The notes under the pieces: model-generated
The model's input: the letters and a program-made list of their open reading frames with translations, nothing else
The model's database searches: none
What the model was told of the DNA's origin: nothing
DNA from: Anthoceros angustus
Taxonomy: Eukaryota > Plantae > Anthocerotophyta
Assembly: GCA_010909165.1 (NCBI GenBank)
Contig: VJWM01000395.1
Location: 1-21,314 of the forward strand
Direction of reading: 5' to 3'
Length of the DNA: 21,314 nucleotides
Translations under genes and position numbers: made by a program
In this document: positions 10,598 through 19,554 of the stretch, piece after piece
How positions within the stretch are numbered: the first letter of the stretch is position 1
Layout: each line of letters begins with the position of its first letter

Positions 10598-11321
10598 GGT
10601 CTTGTGTCTCCACTCAGCGCTTCTCAAATTAACGGGTCCTTCGTAATTCTTCTTCCATGTCCGGATTTTGATGGCTTGAGTGGCCATCACTCCTAACGCC
10701 TCCACTTGGCCGAGTCGCTTCCTCTTCCTAGAGCCTCCGTTTTGCCCTTCCGCCTTGCTCCAATTGGGCAAATGCTCTTCCGCCTCCAAGAGTCCCTTTG
10801 GGTTGTCGCCCGAATGGCTCTCTCCTCTGTTTGTGACAACCTTCCCTCCAGGGCCTTTTTCCAGCTACTGTTGATCTACAAGGTCGCTACCAAGCTTCTC
10901 TGACCTTCTCCAACTTGGCTGCCTTCTGTCGGACTCCATGGCTTCCACTGCCACTTCCTCCGGCCATGTCTTGGGCTCACTTCCTCTCGGCATGCCCACA
11001 AGGAGGCTGCTAGCTCCGCCCCTTCAACCACATGGTGAGTGCTTCACAAGCACTCGCCAAGTCTCCTAAGGGCCCAAATGCCTTGGCCCTAGAAATCTCC
11101 AGCTCCCTTGTACTACCATCACGCTGAGTCCCCTCACGCCCCCATCCGCCCTTCCTCCAAGCGCGTGGGTGAGTAGGCTGGGCGCCGCCGCCCACACTGC
11201 TTTTCTTTCCCTTCCCTCAGAGGTCCCAATGGGCAGGTGCCCGCCACCGCGGTGATGGCTGCTCCCCTATCGCAGTAGTTTGCCTACCTAATCTAGGGTT
11301 GTCGGCCTCCGGTGTGATCAT
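10598..11321 (-). pseudogene. Accessory ORF A, N-terminal part
   Basis: Candidate ATG at 11321 (MITPEAD...). Fragments 11010-11195 and 10592-10789, the latter ending ...AEWRHKT at the TSD. Confidence 0.5.
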
Positions 11322-11874
11322 CCAAAGAAGGCAAAGTGCTTTGGGGCGCGCCAACTTCCTCTTGATGAGGCGCTCCTCACGAAGGCGGACTGAGCTGGAG
11401 CGGCGGGAAGCCTTGAAAGGAAGCCGCCAAGGCGTCGTCCGCGACTTGTGAGCAAGAGGAGGGTGGCGCGAGCAGAGGAAACCTGCCGAAGCGAGGAGGA
11501 GGAGGGATTCAGGCCCAACACCAGCGGGTGTTTCGGATCCGGTGAAACTGAAGGGCCTTGGTCTTGGAATTTCAGGCGGAGCCGAAGTCGAGGAACCTAG
11601 CGCGGTGTGAGATTGAAGGGATTGAAGACGCAAAGAGGAGCAAATTGCGAACGGAGAGAGAAGAAAGCACACTGCCGGTGCCTTGCCTGGGAGGAGAAAT
11701 CGCGGAAATTGGCACGGGAAGGGTCACGCAGTGGCTAACGCGTACTTGTGCCTCAGGTTGGGTGTCGCTCCTAGTGACAAGGAAGGGAATGCTTGGGAGT
11801 GAAGCTTTGGAGCACACAACGCTTGGAATTGGAAAGTAATTCTCGTTAAGAGCGTTGGAAGTAAGGAATGTGCC

Positions 11875-12950
11875 ATGCCGCGCACTGGGAAGAGCAAGGG
11901 GAAGGAGCCGCCTGCCAAGGGTTCTTCCTCGCGAGGAGGCAAGGAGAAGAAGGCGGCAGCAGAGGCTGCGCCGCCAGGGGAAAATGAGTTTGTAATGCCC
12001 CAATTTACGTGTTTTGCAGGGCAGCTCAACCCTCGTGATTTAGTGGATTTCCGGCAGTGGGCAGAGGAAGATAATATCCAGTTGGGATGGGTGTATGGCC
12101 GGCAATGGCCTACACCAATTTGGAGCCGATTGAGGAGTGCTTCATCAATCTCCATCAATCGAGGCAGCCTTGCCGTTAGGAAAGGAATGCTAACGGATCT
12201 CGCCGGACCGTAAGGAGCACAGTGTGTATGGGAGACCGAGGGAGGAAAGCTAATTGCTCTCCTCGAAAGGTCGAATGGAGGAAGAGGACCCCCTCTCCAA
12301 GAGCTCCTCGACATGATGGACGAGGAGTGAAGGCCCATGCCAAGAATGGCTGGAAAACAGAGCAGCAGAGTCAAGTGGAGGCTCTTTGCGAAGATTGATT
12401 GGGGTTGGTAAATTACTAAAGGACTTCCTATTTCAAAGCACCAACTTCCCGCAATTTTGTGGAAGATTTCGAGGAGGAGCCAAGCCGAGGGGCACCATCA
12501 TGTATGAGGCCTACATCCACCACCGGGAGAAGCTCCTCAAGCCAAATTCGGATGAGGAAGGGCCAAGGCCTCTACCTTAGCACCTATTTGGTGCATTTGT
12601 GGAAACGAGGACTTCTCACAAGCAAGGAGTTGGAAGATGCTTGGCATCCTTCTGAGATAATCCATCTCCACCCTTGGAAAGGCCTTGACTTTTGCATTGA
12701 GGAAAGAGGAGGTCGACCTCCACATGCAGGGGTGGAGGATGTAGAGGCAACAAGGTTGCCGAGTGGGAACCTTTTCCCCACAGAGCAAGAAAGAGGAGAG
12801 GAATGGAACCGCCGAGGCCGAATGGTAGTCTATGAGAGGAGGACTACCAGGGAGGGGTGACCCAAGGGTGGGGAGTCCCCACCATCTCGCTTTGTGAGGA
12901 GGCCCACCCACCCCGAGGGAGGCACCTACCCAAGAGGGTGGGCGACTACC
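11875..12950 (+). pseudogene. Accessory ORF B, antisense to gag-pol (unknown function)
   Basis: Basic N-terminus MPRTGKSKGKEPP, then QLNPRDLVDF, LGWVYGRQWP, HAKNGWKTEQ (~12335), IMYEAY, GLYLSTYLVHLWKRGLLTSKE and an acidic linker. Frameshifted. Confidence 0.6.
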
Positions 12951-13006
12951 GTGGTAGGCGGTCATGCATGAGCAGGCAAGGAGGAATCTTTTCTCTGGCG
13001 TGTTTG

Positions 13007-13318
13007 TCAAGACGATAAGCGAAGGGAAAGATTGTGATGAGCATTCGGCATGTGTGGATCAGTGTGCTCAAGGAGGCGCTCATTGAGATCACGCACTTCT
13101 CTTGATAAATCCTCTATCCTTGTTCTGCGTTGTTGTGAACCTGCATTGGAGACAGCAGAAAGAGGACCTGCATGTAGGTTTGGGATGTGATCAAGAGCGA
13201 GTTCTATTGCTTTCACTTGACTTAAACTAAAGATAGTAAGCAAGTTTCTTCTAGCAATTTCTATTTGCCTTCCTTGATCTTCTACTTTGATTAGAATAGA
13301 GCTAATGAAGTAGTACAA
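13007..13318 (-). pseudogene. Leader ORF of LTR element 2 (coiled-coil-like, unknown function)
   Basis: A 103-codon frame downstream of the PBS with the heptad pattern RIEDLSREVRDLNERLLEH; no gag motif recognised. Confidence 0.5.
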
Positions 13319-13560
13319 GTATAGAATCTCCTACTATCGACTATACTCTAGCAATTCTAATCTTTGTATTCCTATATTCTCAGTATCTTGTCTTGCACTT
13401 AATCTTCTTCCAATAGCCTTGCTTAGGAGTTGAAGGGTCCATCGCGTTGAAGCAAGGATTGGATGTCTTGTGTGTGCATTATTGAAGATTAAGGAACCTC
13501 AAACATGACAATAATCTATGACATGCAATCTAAAGAATCTATGCATCTTCTAAAATAAAT

Positions 13561-13580
13561 GAAGAAGAAGAAGAAGAAGA
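13561..13580. repeat. (GAA)n microsatellite in the leader of element 2
   Basis: GAAGAAGAAGAAGAAGAAGA. Confidence 0.9.
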
Positions 13581-13624
13581 GTAGACCAGTCATGTCAAGT
13601 TGCAATGCAAATAGAGCAAAGAAT

Positions 13625-13636
13625 GCTCCGATACCA
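13625..13636 (-). promoter_or_regulatory. Primer-binding site, tRNA-iMet-like
   Basis: Minus-strand TGGTATCGGAGC, one mismatch from TGGTATCAGAGC, abutting the LTR. Confidence 0.9.
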
Positions 13637-13909
13637 TGATGAATCATAGGCTCTAGGAAAAACATAGCAATGATAGGAAAGGTTTGCACAAAAGAGTTGT
13701 ATGCATTGAAAGTATAATAGAAAGTACAAAGCCTTTATATAGGCTAAGTGGTTATAACCATAAGGTGGTTGTAACCATAAGTAGTTCTAACCTCTAAGTG
13801 GTTGTAACAACTAACTATTCAATAAACTACCTAAAGCCCTAAGAACTAAATTAATTAATAGTCTTAGGTGCCCTAGTGAAGAGTGCCCTAAATAGGTCAT
13901 ATTTCATCA
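13637..13909 (-). repeat. 5' LTR of element 2 (273 bp)
   Basis: TGATGAA...TTCATCA 7-bp inverted termini; minus-strand TATATAAA at 13741-13734; adjacent PBS. Confidence 0.88.
13745..13811. repeat. Four tandem 16-17 bp units (TAAGTGGTTRTAACCA-like) in U3 of the LTR
   Basis: Units start at 13745, 13761, 13778 and 13795. Confidence 0.9.
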
Positions 13910-14455
13910 CATTCATGTGAGCACTTCCTCGAGAGACAACGAAGCAAAACAAATATAATATGCAAATATAGGTGCAAACCAATTTGAACACTAGGAGAGA
14001 GTAGCTCGTGCGTTATGGCACAAACACTCTCCCCATGAACAACACGCAAATTGCTCTGACATGGCCGGAGTGATTTTTGGCCTCCTCACAACACTCTTGC
14101 ATTGCATCAGACAAGCCGTATGTGATGTGATGACCTTATGAAAGGGTCTATATATGGTATACTAGCCTTGGCAATGTGGCGTATTCCTAAGATATCCTGG
14201 CGCCTATATGCCGGAATATACAAATAATACACTATAATATGCAATGAATGTGCTAAAGCATATTACTTGTGTTTATCCAACTATTGCTAACCATGTTTAA
14301 TTAACACTAATCCATGCTTATTTAACATAAACCACTTCATTAATTAATACTAATTACTTACTTAATGATAAGTCATTAGATTAATTAATGCTAGATATAA
14401 ATGAATTTAATCAATGACTATCTCTTCGGAATAGATGCCAATATAGCAATTGACA
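13910..14455 (-). repeat. Probable LTR or LTR fragment of another element
   Basis: No ORFs; very AT-rich right half; TATA-like motif near 14150; possible TG (13916) and CA (14455) ends. No partner copy, PBS or TSD confirmed. Confidence 0.35.
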
Positions 14456-14547
14456 ACGCAGTTGAAAAATTCCCAATTTAGTAGTTGCCAACATGAGCCC
14501 GTGAAAACCTACCAAATTGTAGTTTCTCATGGGGTATAAATGGTGAG

Positions 14548-14935
14548 ACCAAAATCGAAACCGCTCGGACTATGAACTTGAAATCTTGTTATCCATTCTT
14601 CTTGCATGTAACTTTTCATAATCCTGTGATCTACTTTGTTAAGGTTTGTTCAATCAAAATTGATGTTCTCCTTTATAGAGGATGGGTGTATGCATAAATA
14701 TTCAGGCGTGTGTTAGCAATTCATTCTCTATACTTGTTCCTTGAGGTTTCCTAGAGCACGTAAATTACCCAAAGAGCGACACCTAAACCGAAATAGTTCC
14801 TCCGCCATGAACTTCAAAATCTCATATTCTTGCAAATATCTTTAAATAATCCTCGATCTACGGTTGTTAAGGTTTGTTCAATGAAGATTGATGTTCTCCT
14901 TTATAGAGGATGCGTGTATGCTTGTGTATTCGGCG
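14548..14935. repeat. Diverged tandem duplication, period ~230 bp
   Basis: ATGAACTT...ATAATCCT...GATCTAC..TTGTTAAGGTTTGTTCAAT.AA.ATTGATGTTCTCCTTTATAGAGGATG.GTGTATGC occurs at 14572-14693 and 14807-14921. Confidence 0.9.
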
Positions 14936-15745
14936 AAGAAGAGATAAGGACATCTCCGTCCTCAACGAGTTTAACTCTTCCAACGGGGAAATCGCCTTCT
15001 TGTCGTCACCTTCTTCTCTCTTTTCCTTGGTCCTTTTGAACTTCTCGCACTCTCTTTGAAGTGACCCTTTGTGACAATAGTGACACTCCACATTCTTATT
15101 CGACTACGAGATTTGCTACGAGAAAGCTTACATCCGGTTGCTTCCCCGCGCGGTGGACCTCCCTCTCACTATGAGGCAGGAACCTTTGGAAGGTTCCATG
15201 TTTTCTGTTCACCTCCTCGGTTAACAGGCTACCTTCTACATTTACAATGGTAAGACCACTAGCGAGGCGAGTACTCGGAGGCATGCGAAGGTGTCCCAAC
15301 TCTCTGCAGTAATGTGACCAGAAACATAGCTCTCACGGAATCAGGAGCGTGATACCTTGAGATGAGGCTGGCTGAAATGGTATTGAAATCATTCGGATGA
15401 TCGGACATCCTCGTCCCTTCCTTCATCTTCAAGTCCACCATTTGTTTCAACCAATACACGAAGCCGCACTTTGCTTCTCATCTGGTCACAACCACTTACG
15501 CATCGTAACTCGTGGTCTTATCTTTCACATTGAAGTACTGTTTTTGACAATGTTAGCATGATAGTAGATCTAGCAAGCTCATCCAGTCCGCCACTCATCA
15601 CAGTCATACTATACGGTTTGGCCCTAACAACTTTATGGGCTTGATGCGCTTTTTACGCACTAGAACATTATACACTTGTTCTTTCGAGCGGGAAGTTAGT
15701 ACCATCTAACTCGATATTGAATGGCGTTTTCGATGATGAAGACAT
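14936..15745 (-). pseudogene. Copia gag (Tnt1/Tork-like UBN2 domain plus zinc knuckle)
   Basis: ATG at 15745 (MSSSSKTPFNIELDGTNF); LDELARSTIMLTL; YWLKQMVDLKMKEGTRMSDH.NDFNTI; NVEGSLLTEEVNRK; zinc knuckle ECHYCHK...QRECEK. Confidence 0.92.
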
Positions 15746-16675
15746 CGACTCAAAAATCGATACGAGATAAACACTCGACTTCGCCTTAGAAAAGTCAAAG
15801 AGAAAAGCGATCACGGTCACGGTCCGTGTGTATTTTTACCGACTATTCCACTGAGTATTCCGAATCGCTCGTTACGGCGAATTTTACGCTCACTGCCGTT
15901 GGCTGCACTCCATTACCGCCGCGGCTATCCTGCGCCCACGTAGTACGCCCGCTTACCACCGGCGCCTGCTCATGACCACGCGCCCGCCACAGCCACGCCG
16001 CTGGCCGCCGCGCGCCCAGGCGACGCGCCACGCCAGGCGCGCCGCGCCCGTGCGCGCTTGCGGCGCCCGCTCGCGCTGCGCGCCGCGCGCCCCGGCGCCC
16101 TGCGGCCGCCACCGCGGCCTGCGCGGCCGCCCTCCAAACTGCGTCGCCGCGGCGGCCAGCGCCCTGGCAACTGCGGGCTGGTGCGCGCGCCCGCCCAGAG
16201 GCGCCATGCGCATCAAGCGCCAGAAGTCATAAGGCCCTACTGGCGGGCGCTACGCGTCAGACGCCGCTGGGGTTTACGCGCTGGGCGTCACCTCGCGCGA
16301 GGGCGCCAGCGGCTTGCTGCGCCATGGCGTCGGCGCACATGGCGGCGCTTCGTTACAAGCGACTGCACGCTGCAGCTCGCGGCTCGCGCTCTCCGCGCTT
16401 CACGGCGGCCTCGGCTACATGCAGCCCGCGCGCCCCGCGCTTCAGCTCCCGGCCTCGCGGCACAGGCATGGCCCGCGCCCATAAGGCCCTGCCCGTGTCC
16501 GCGTCACGCCCGCCGACGCCCGGTGCCACGGCCTCCACGGCCAGGCCTGACGCGCAAACACGGCCGCGTGCGAGGTCGCGATCCTTGCCACGGCCTCGTT
16601 CCACTCGCGGCTTCTGCGGGCGCTCGCCTCACGATTTGGATCACCTGCAATTCCACGAGCTGCCACTGCAGCCTA

Positions 16676-16687
16676 GAAATTGATACC
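16676..16687 (-). promoter_or_regulatory. Degenerate iMet-type PBS of Copia-3
   Basis: Minus-strand GGTATCA core about 8 nt from the LTR end. Confidence 0.5.
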
Positions 16688-16694
16688 GGGGTCA

Positions 16695-16934
16695 TGAAGG
16701 ATATGTGGAAAGAGTGAGGAGAGAGGAGGAAAAAGTGTAGCTCTCTCACATTGAGATGAGGCTTGGAGGTTTATTACCTCCAATAGGGAACTCAGGAAGC
16801 TCCACAAGAAGCCCCTATGAAGGAGCACAAGAAGCTTCCTAGTGATTAGCTTCAACTAAACTAATGATACTAATCTGACACCTAACTTAGACTAAGTGTA
16901 TTAGTCTAAGTCATTGGGCTTTAATACCCTTACA
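16695..16934 (-). repeat. 5' LTR of Copia-3 (~240 bp)
   Basis: TGAAGG...CCTTACA near-inverted termini; sharp composition change on both sides; minus-strand AATAAA at 16775-16770. Confidence 0.78.
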
Positions 16935-18256
16935 ACACGGCGGGTCTTGGCTACCGTCATGGATGGTATGCTCTGGGGACTCTGCGGAACGGCCGAGAAG
17001 ACCCAGGAGGTGGAGGCAACAAGGAGGCGCATGGTGCTCCTCCAGGAGCAGATGGAGGCGGCCCAGGAGGCAAGGAAGAAGGCGGAAGCCCTCGGCCGCA
17101 TCAAGGAAGGGAAACGGTGGGAGGCAGAGCGCGAGGTCCGATTCATCAAGACCGGACCAAGGTCCTCCACCGGAGTACCGAGGCAGCAGGAGGCCCAAGC
17201 ACGGGCCAAGATCTCCGCATTTAAGGGAGAGGCGCAGCAGGAGGAGAGGGCTCGCGACTGGCCGAGGCGGCCCGGCCGCCCAACATCGCATCAGGCTCAC
17301 AAGGCGCCAGAAGCGGAAGCCATGAAGGTCGACGGGATACCTATCGACGTGATCGGAACCGTGGAGGGAGACGGCCGGGTAGCCAACTCAAGGCCGAACA
17401 GCGGCAGAGCAAGTACTGTCGAGCTGAGGAGGAGCTGGAGGTCAGCACCCGGGAAATAGGGGACCTGTGGTGGCAGGAGGTAGAAGGGGGAGCTAGAGGA
17501 TGCAAGGATACCTTGGAGCTGCAACTCCAAGACGCATCGGAGCAGCAGGGGGTTCTCAACGAGAGAATCCAAGACTTCGAGCGGGAGATAGAGCGCCTCC
17601 AGCTTCGCTTGAAGACGGAGGAGAATAGGCGACGGTCCAAGGAGTTCGACGTCGCGAGGCCGCAGCAGGAGGTGGAGGAGTGACGGGGATACCGCCCGGA
17701 GAAGGAAGTGGCGACCGAAAGGATGAACGGAGGAAGAAAGGAGGAGAAGCGCCGCCGTCCGGCTTGGAAGGAGGGTGAGCTCACCATGGCTGCAAATCGG
17801 GCGGAGCCGGAACGACGAAGGAGGAGGAGAAGCCGAGCAAGGCCGCAGGAGGTGCTCTGAGGCCGCTTTGGTGGCATCGAGGGAGTCCGCCGCAGCGGTA
17901 AGCCCGGCAACGGAGACGGGCCAGCGACAAGATGCCCAAATGCCGAGCACTCAAGAGAGGGAATACCGGTGCTCCGGGCCCATGTGGAGGAGGCTAATTC
18001 AACAAGTCGATTCCCGACTTTGCCTACTACCACGCAGAGCTCCTCAAGGCTCTGGAGGTCTTGCGCCACCCTGGGCAGGCGAGCGGACCTCCGTAAGGGC
18101 TCGGAAGGAGGAGCGAGAGAGGAAGGACCCGGGACAGCCCACGGGACCCTAGGCGCCTGCTTGATGACGATAGCAGGGCGAGGGAGAGCAACGGGAGGAG
18201 CCGGACGCAGGAAGGGTCACTGCGCCGGAGGTAAGCACTCTACACCTCCGCACTAA
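16935..18256 (+). pseudogene. Charged, coiled-coil-rich ORF remnant interrupted at its left side by Copia-3
   Basis: EKTQEVEATRRRMVLLQEQMEAAQEARKKAEAL, with further E/R/K-rich frames to ~17900. It begins abruptly at the LTR end. Confidence 0.55.
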
Positions 18257-18357
18257 GGAAGGGGAGGGCCCCGGGAGGCCGTGGAAGGCATGGCCCAGGG
18301 GAACCGGGAACCACGTGGGTGAGCCGTGATAGCCCGAGGAGGCAAAACCACAGTCTG

Positions 18358-18549
18358 GAGTCCGGACTTTGTCCGAGACTCTTGAGAAAAGCCGACTCAG
18401 TCCGGCCCTGAGGAGTGGGCTTAGAGGTCCAGACTCTGACGTGGCGGGGACCCTCGGTCAGAACTCGAAGGCGGACACGAGGGGCTGGACCCCGGAGGAA
18501 GGCTGACCTAGAGGTCAGGACTCAGTCGAGACGGGTGAGGTCCAGACTC
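18358..18549. repeat. Array of quasi-palindromic ~12-13 bp cores (GAG(G)TCCRGACTC-like) with variable spacers
   Basis: Copies at 18358, 18371, 18398, 18424, 18455, 18482, 18511 and 18537. GAGGTCCAGACTC is identical at 18424 and 18537. Confidence 0.7.
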
Positions 18550-18889
18550 GGGGTGGGGAGAGCCACCGATCACCGGCCCGGCGGATCCATCTCTTGGAGG
18601 CCGGCCCGTGGGGGCCCGCGAAGAGATAAGAGAGAGGGAGGAGGACTTAGGTGTGCCGTTGTCGAGGCCCGTGGTAGTGTGCACATGAGACCCTCGAGGA
18701 GAGGTAGGGACCCGCCTCGCGGATCATCCACGATTGGGCTGCCTTGATCGTCGGAGCTCGGCCTTGGGCAGCCGGTGCTAAGAGCGGAATCGAGGCCATC
18801 CAGCCCCACTAGGCAGGCGGAGATAGGAGGAATAGGAGAATAGTAGGCGGACCCGATTAGGGCCAGCCCTCATTTCCGGAATAGAGGTA

Positions 18890-18979
18890 TGTAAAGGCGC
18901 CCTTGATGGCGTAGTATAAGAAAGGGGTAGGTCGCTCTAGTAAAGTATCTTTCTCTTAGTGTTGATGCTGCGTCTTACA
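18890..18979 (+). repeat. Putative 90-bp mini-LTR
   Basis: TGTAAAGGCGC...GCGTCTTACA imperfect inverted termini, internal TATAAG and AGTAAA, preceded by purine-rich GGAATAGAGG. No second copy in the window. Confidence 0.45.
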
Positions 18980-19554
18980 GCCGGGCTCTTGGGTGCCTTC
19001 TTATTAGCAGTCCCGAGTCATCGGTGTGACGCCGGAGGCAGTCAAAGGTCTTGGTACAGACCCCTAACGTGTGGTGGTGGTAGGGAATAGCGCCTAGACC
19101 CTTGCTCGTCAGGCAAAGTGCGGGGCTGACGGCCGAGCGTGAGCCGGAGGAACTCCGGAGGGCGCTCTGAGCCGGGGCCGGAGAGGCCCGAGAGTACGGA
19201 GGTCGGACCCCGCGTAGCCACCGCGCTTTTCCCAAGGATGGTGAGAGTAGTGAGAGTGGTAAGAGGAGCGGACTAGGGGTTGGTGGCAGACTTGAACGGC
19301 GACCGAACAGGTCCTTAAACTTTTGGCCACATGCCGGGTTTGTCGGTGAGCGTTGCGGGTAGTTAGGTTTAAAATGATGAATAGGCGTATTGAGACTAAA
19401 GCGGATACTAAGTGAGAGACGAAGCGATTGAAAGAGGCAAGCGGAACCCATCATTCTCTTGGGAGCCGGACTCCTTACTCCAACGACCTGCAGGATTGTG
19501 CCTTGGCCTATCAGTCTACGCCACATTTTGGGCGCTTCTGGGAATGAGTCGTTC

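Larger units (their letters stand above)
1..12950 (-). mobile_element. Ty3/Gypsy LTR retrotransposon internal region (gag-PR-RT plus long upstream accessory region), interrupted by a Copia element at 3974-10597; its own LTRs were not identified
   Basis: Gag, protease and RT occur in Gypsy order on the minus strand at 1778-1. The flanks at 3973 and 10598 join seamlessly once the Copia is removed. The right limit and the inclusion of the accessory region in this element are inferred. Confidence 0.6.
13007..13909 (-). mobile_element. 5' fragment of a second LTR retrotransposon (LTR, PBS, leader)
   Basis: LTR with inverted termini, an adjacent iMet-type PBS, and a leader with a (TTC)n tract. The remainder is absent and the left boundary is approximate. 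Confidence 0.8.
14936..16934 (-). mobile_element. 5' half of a third Ty1/Copia element (Copia-3), truncated after gag
   Basis: LTR, degenerate PBS, GC-rich leader and Copia gag; no protease or pol follows. Confidence 0.85.

Noticed and set aside
12999-13003. CGTGT as the partner TSD of Copia-3 (right flank ACACG)
   Set aside because: It is in inverted orientation with no adjacent LTR; a 5-mer match is expected by chance.
13637-13909. LTR 2 as the 5' LTR of the left-hand Gypsy
   Set aside because: Not excluded, but disfavoured. ORF B is cut without a clear end at the junction, and the leader ORF resembles that of Copia-1.
15843-16749. Many overlapping Arg/Ala/Pro-rich ORFs, including 219 aa at 16058-16717
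   Set aside because: Expected from stop-codon scarcity at extreme GC content; frames are open on both strands.
17297-18069. 217-aa and 242-aa minus-strand ORFs (also 11724-12374 and 12537-13010)
   Set aside because: Leu/Ser/Pro-rich mirror images of purine-rich plus-strand coding sequence.
18358-18549. CRISPR-like repeat-spacer appearance
   Set aside because: The cores are degenerate and only ~13 bp, the spacers are ~15 bp, no cas genes are present, and the context is a eukaryotic TE nest.
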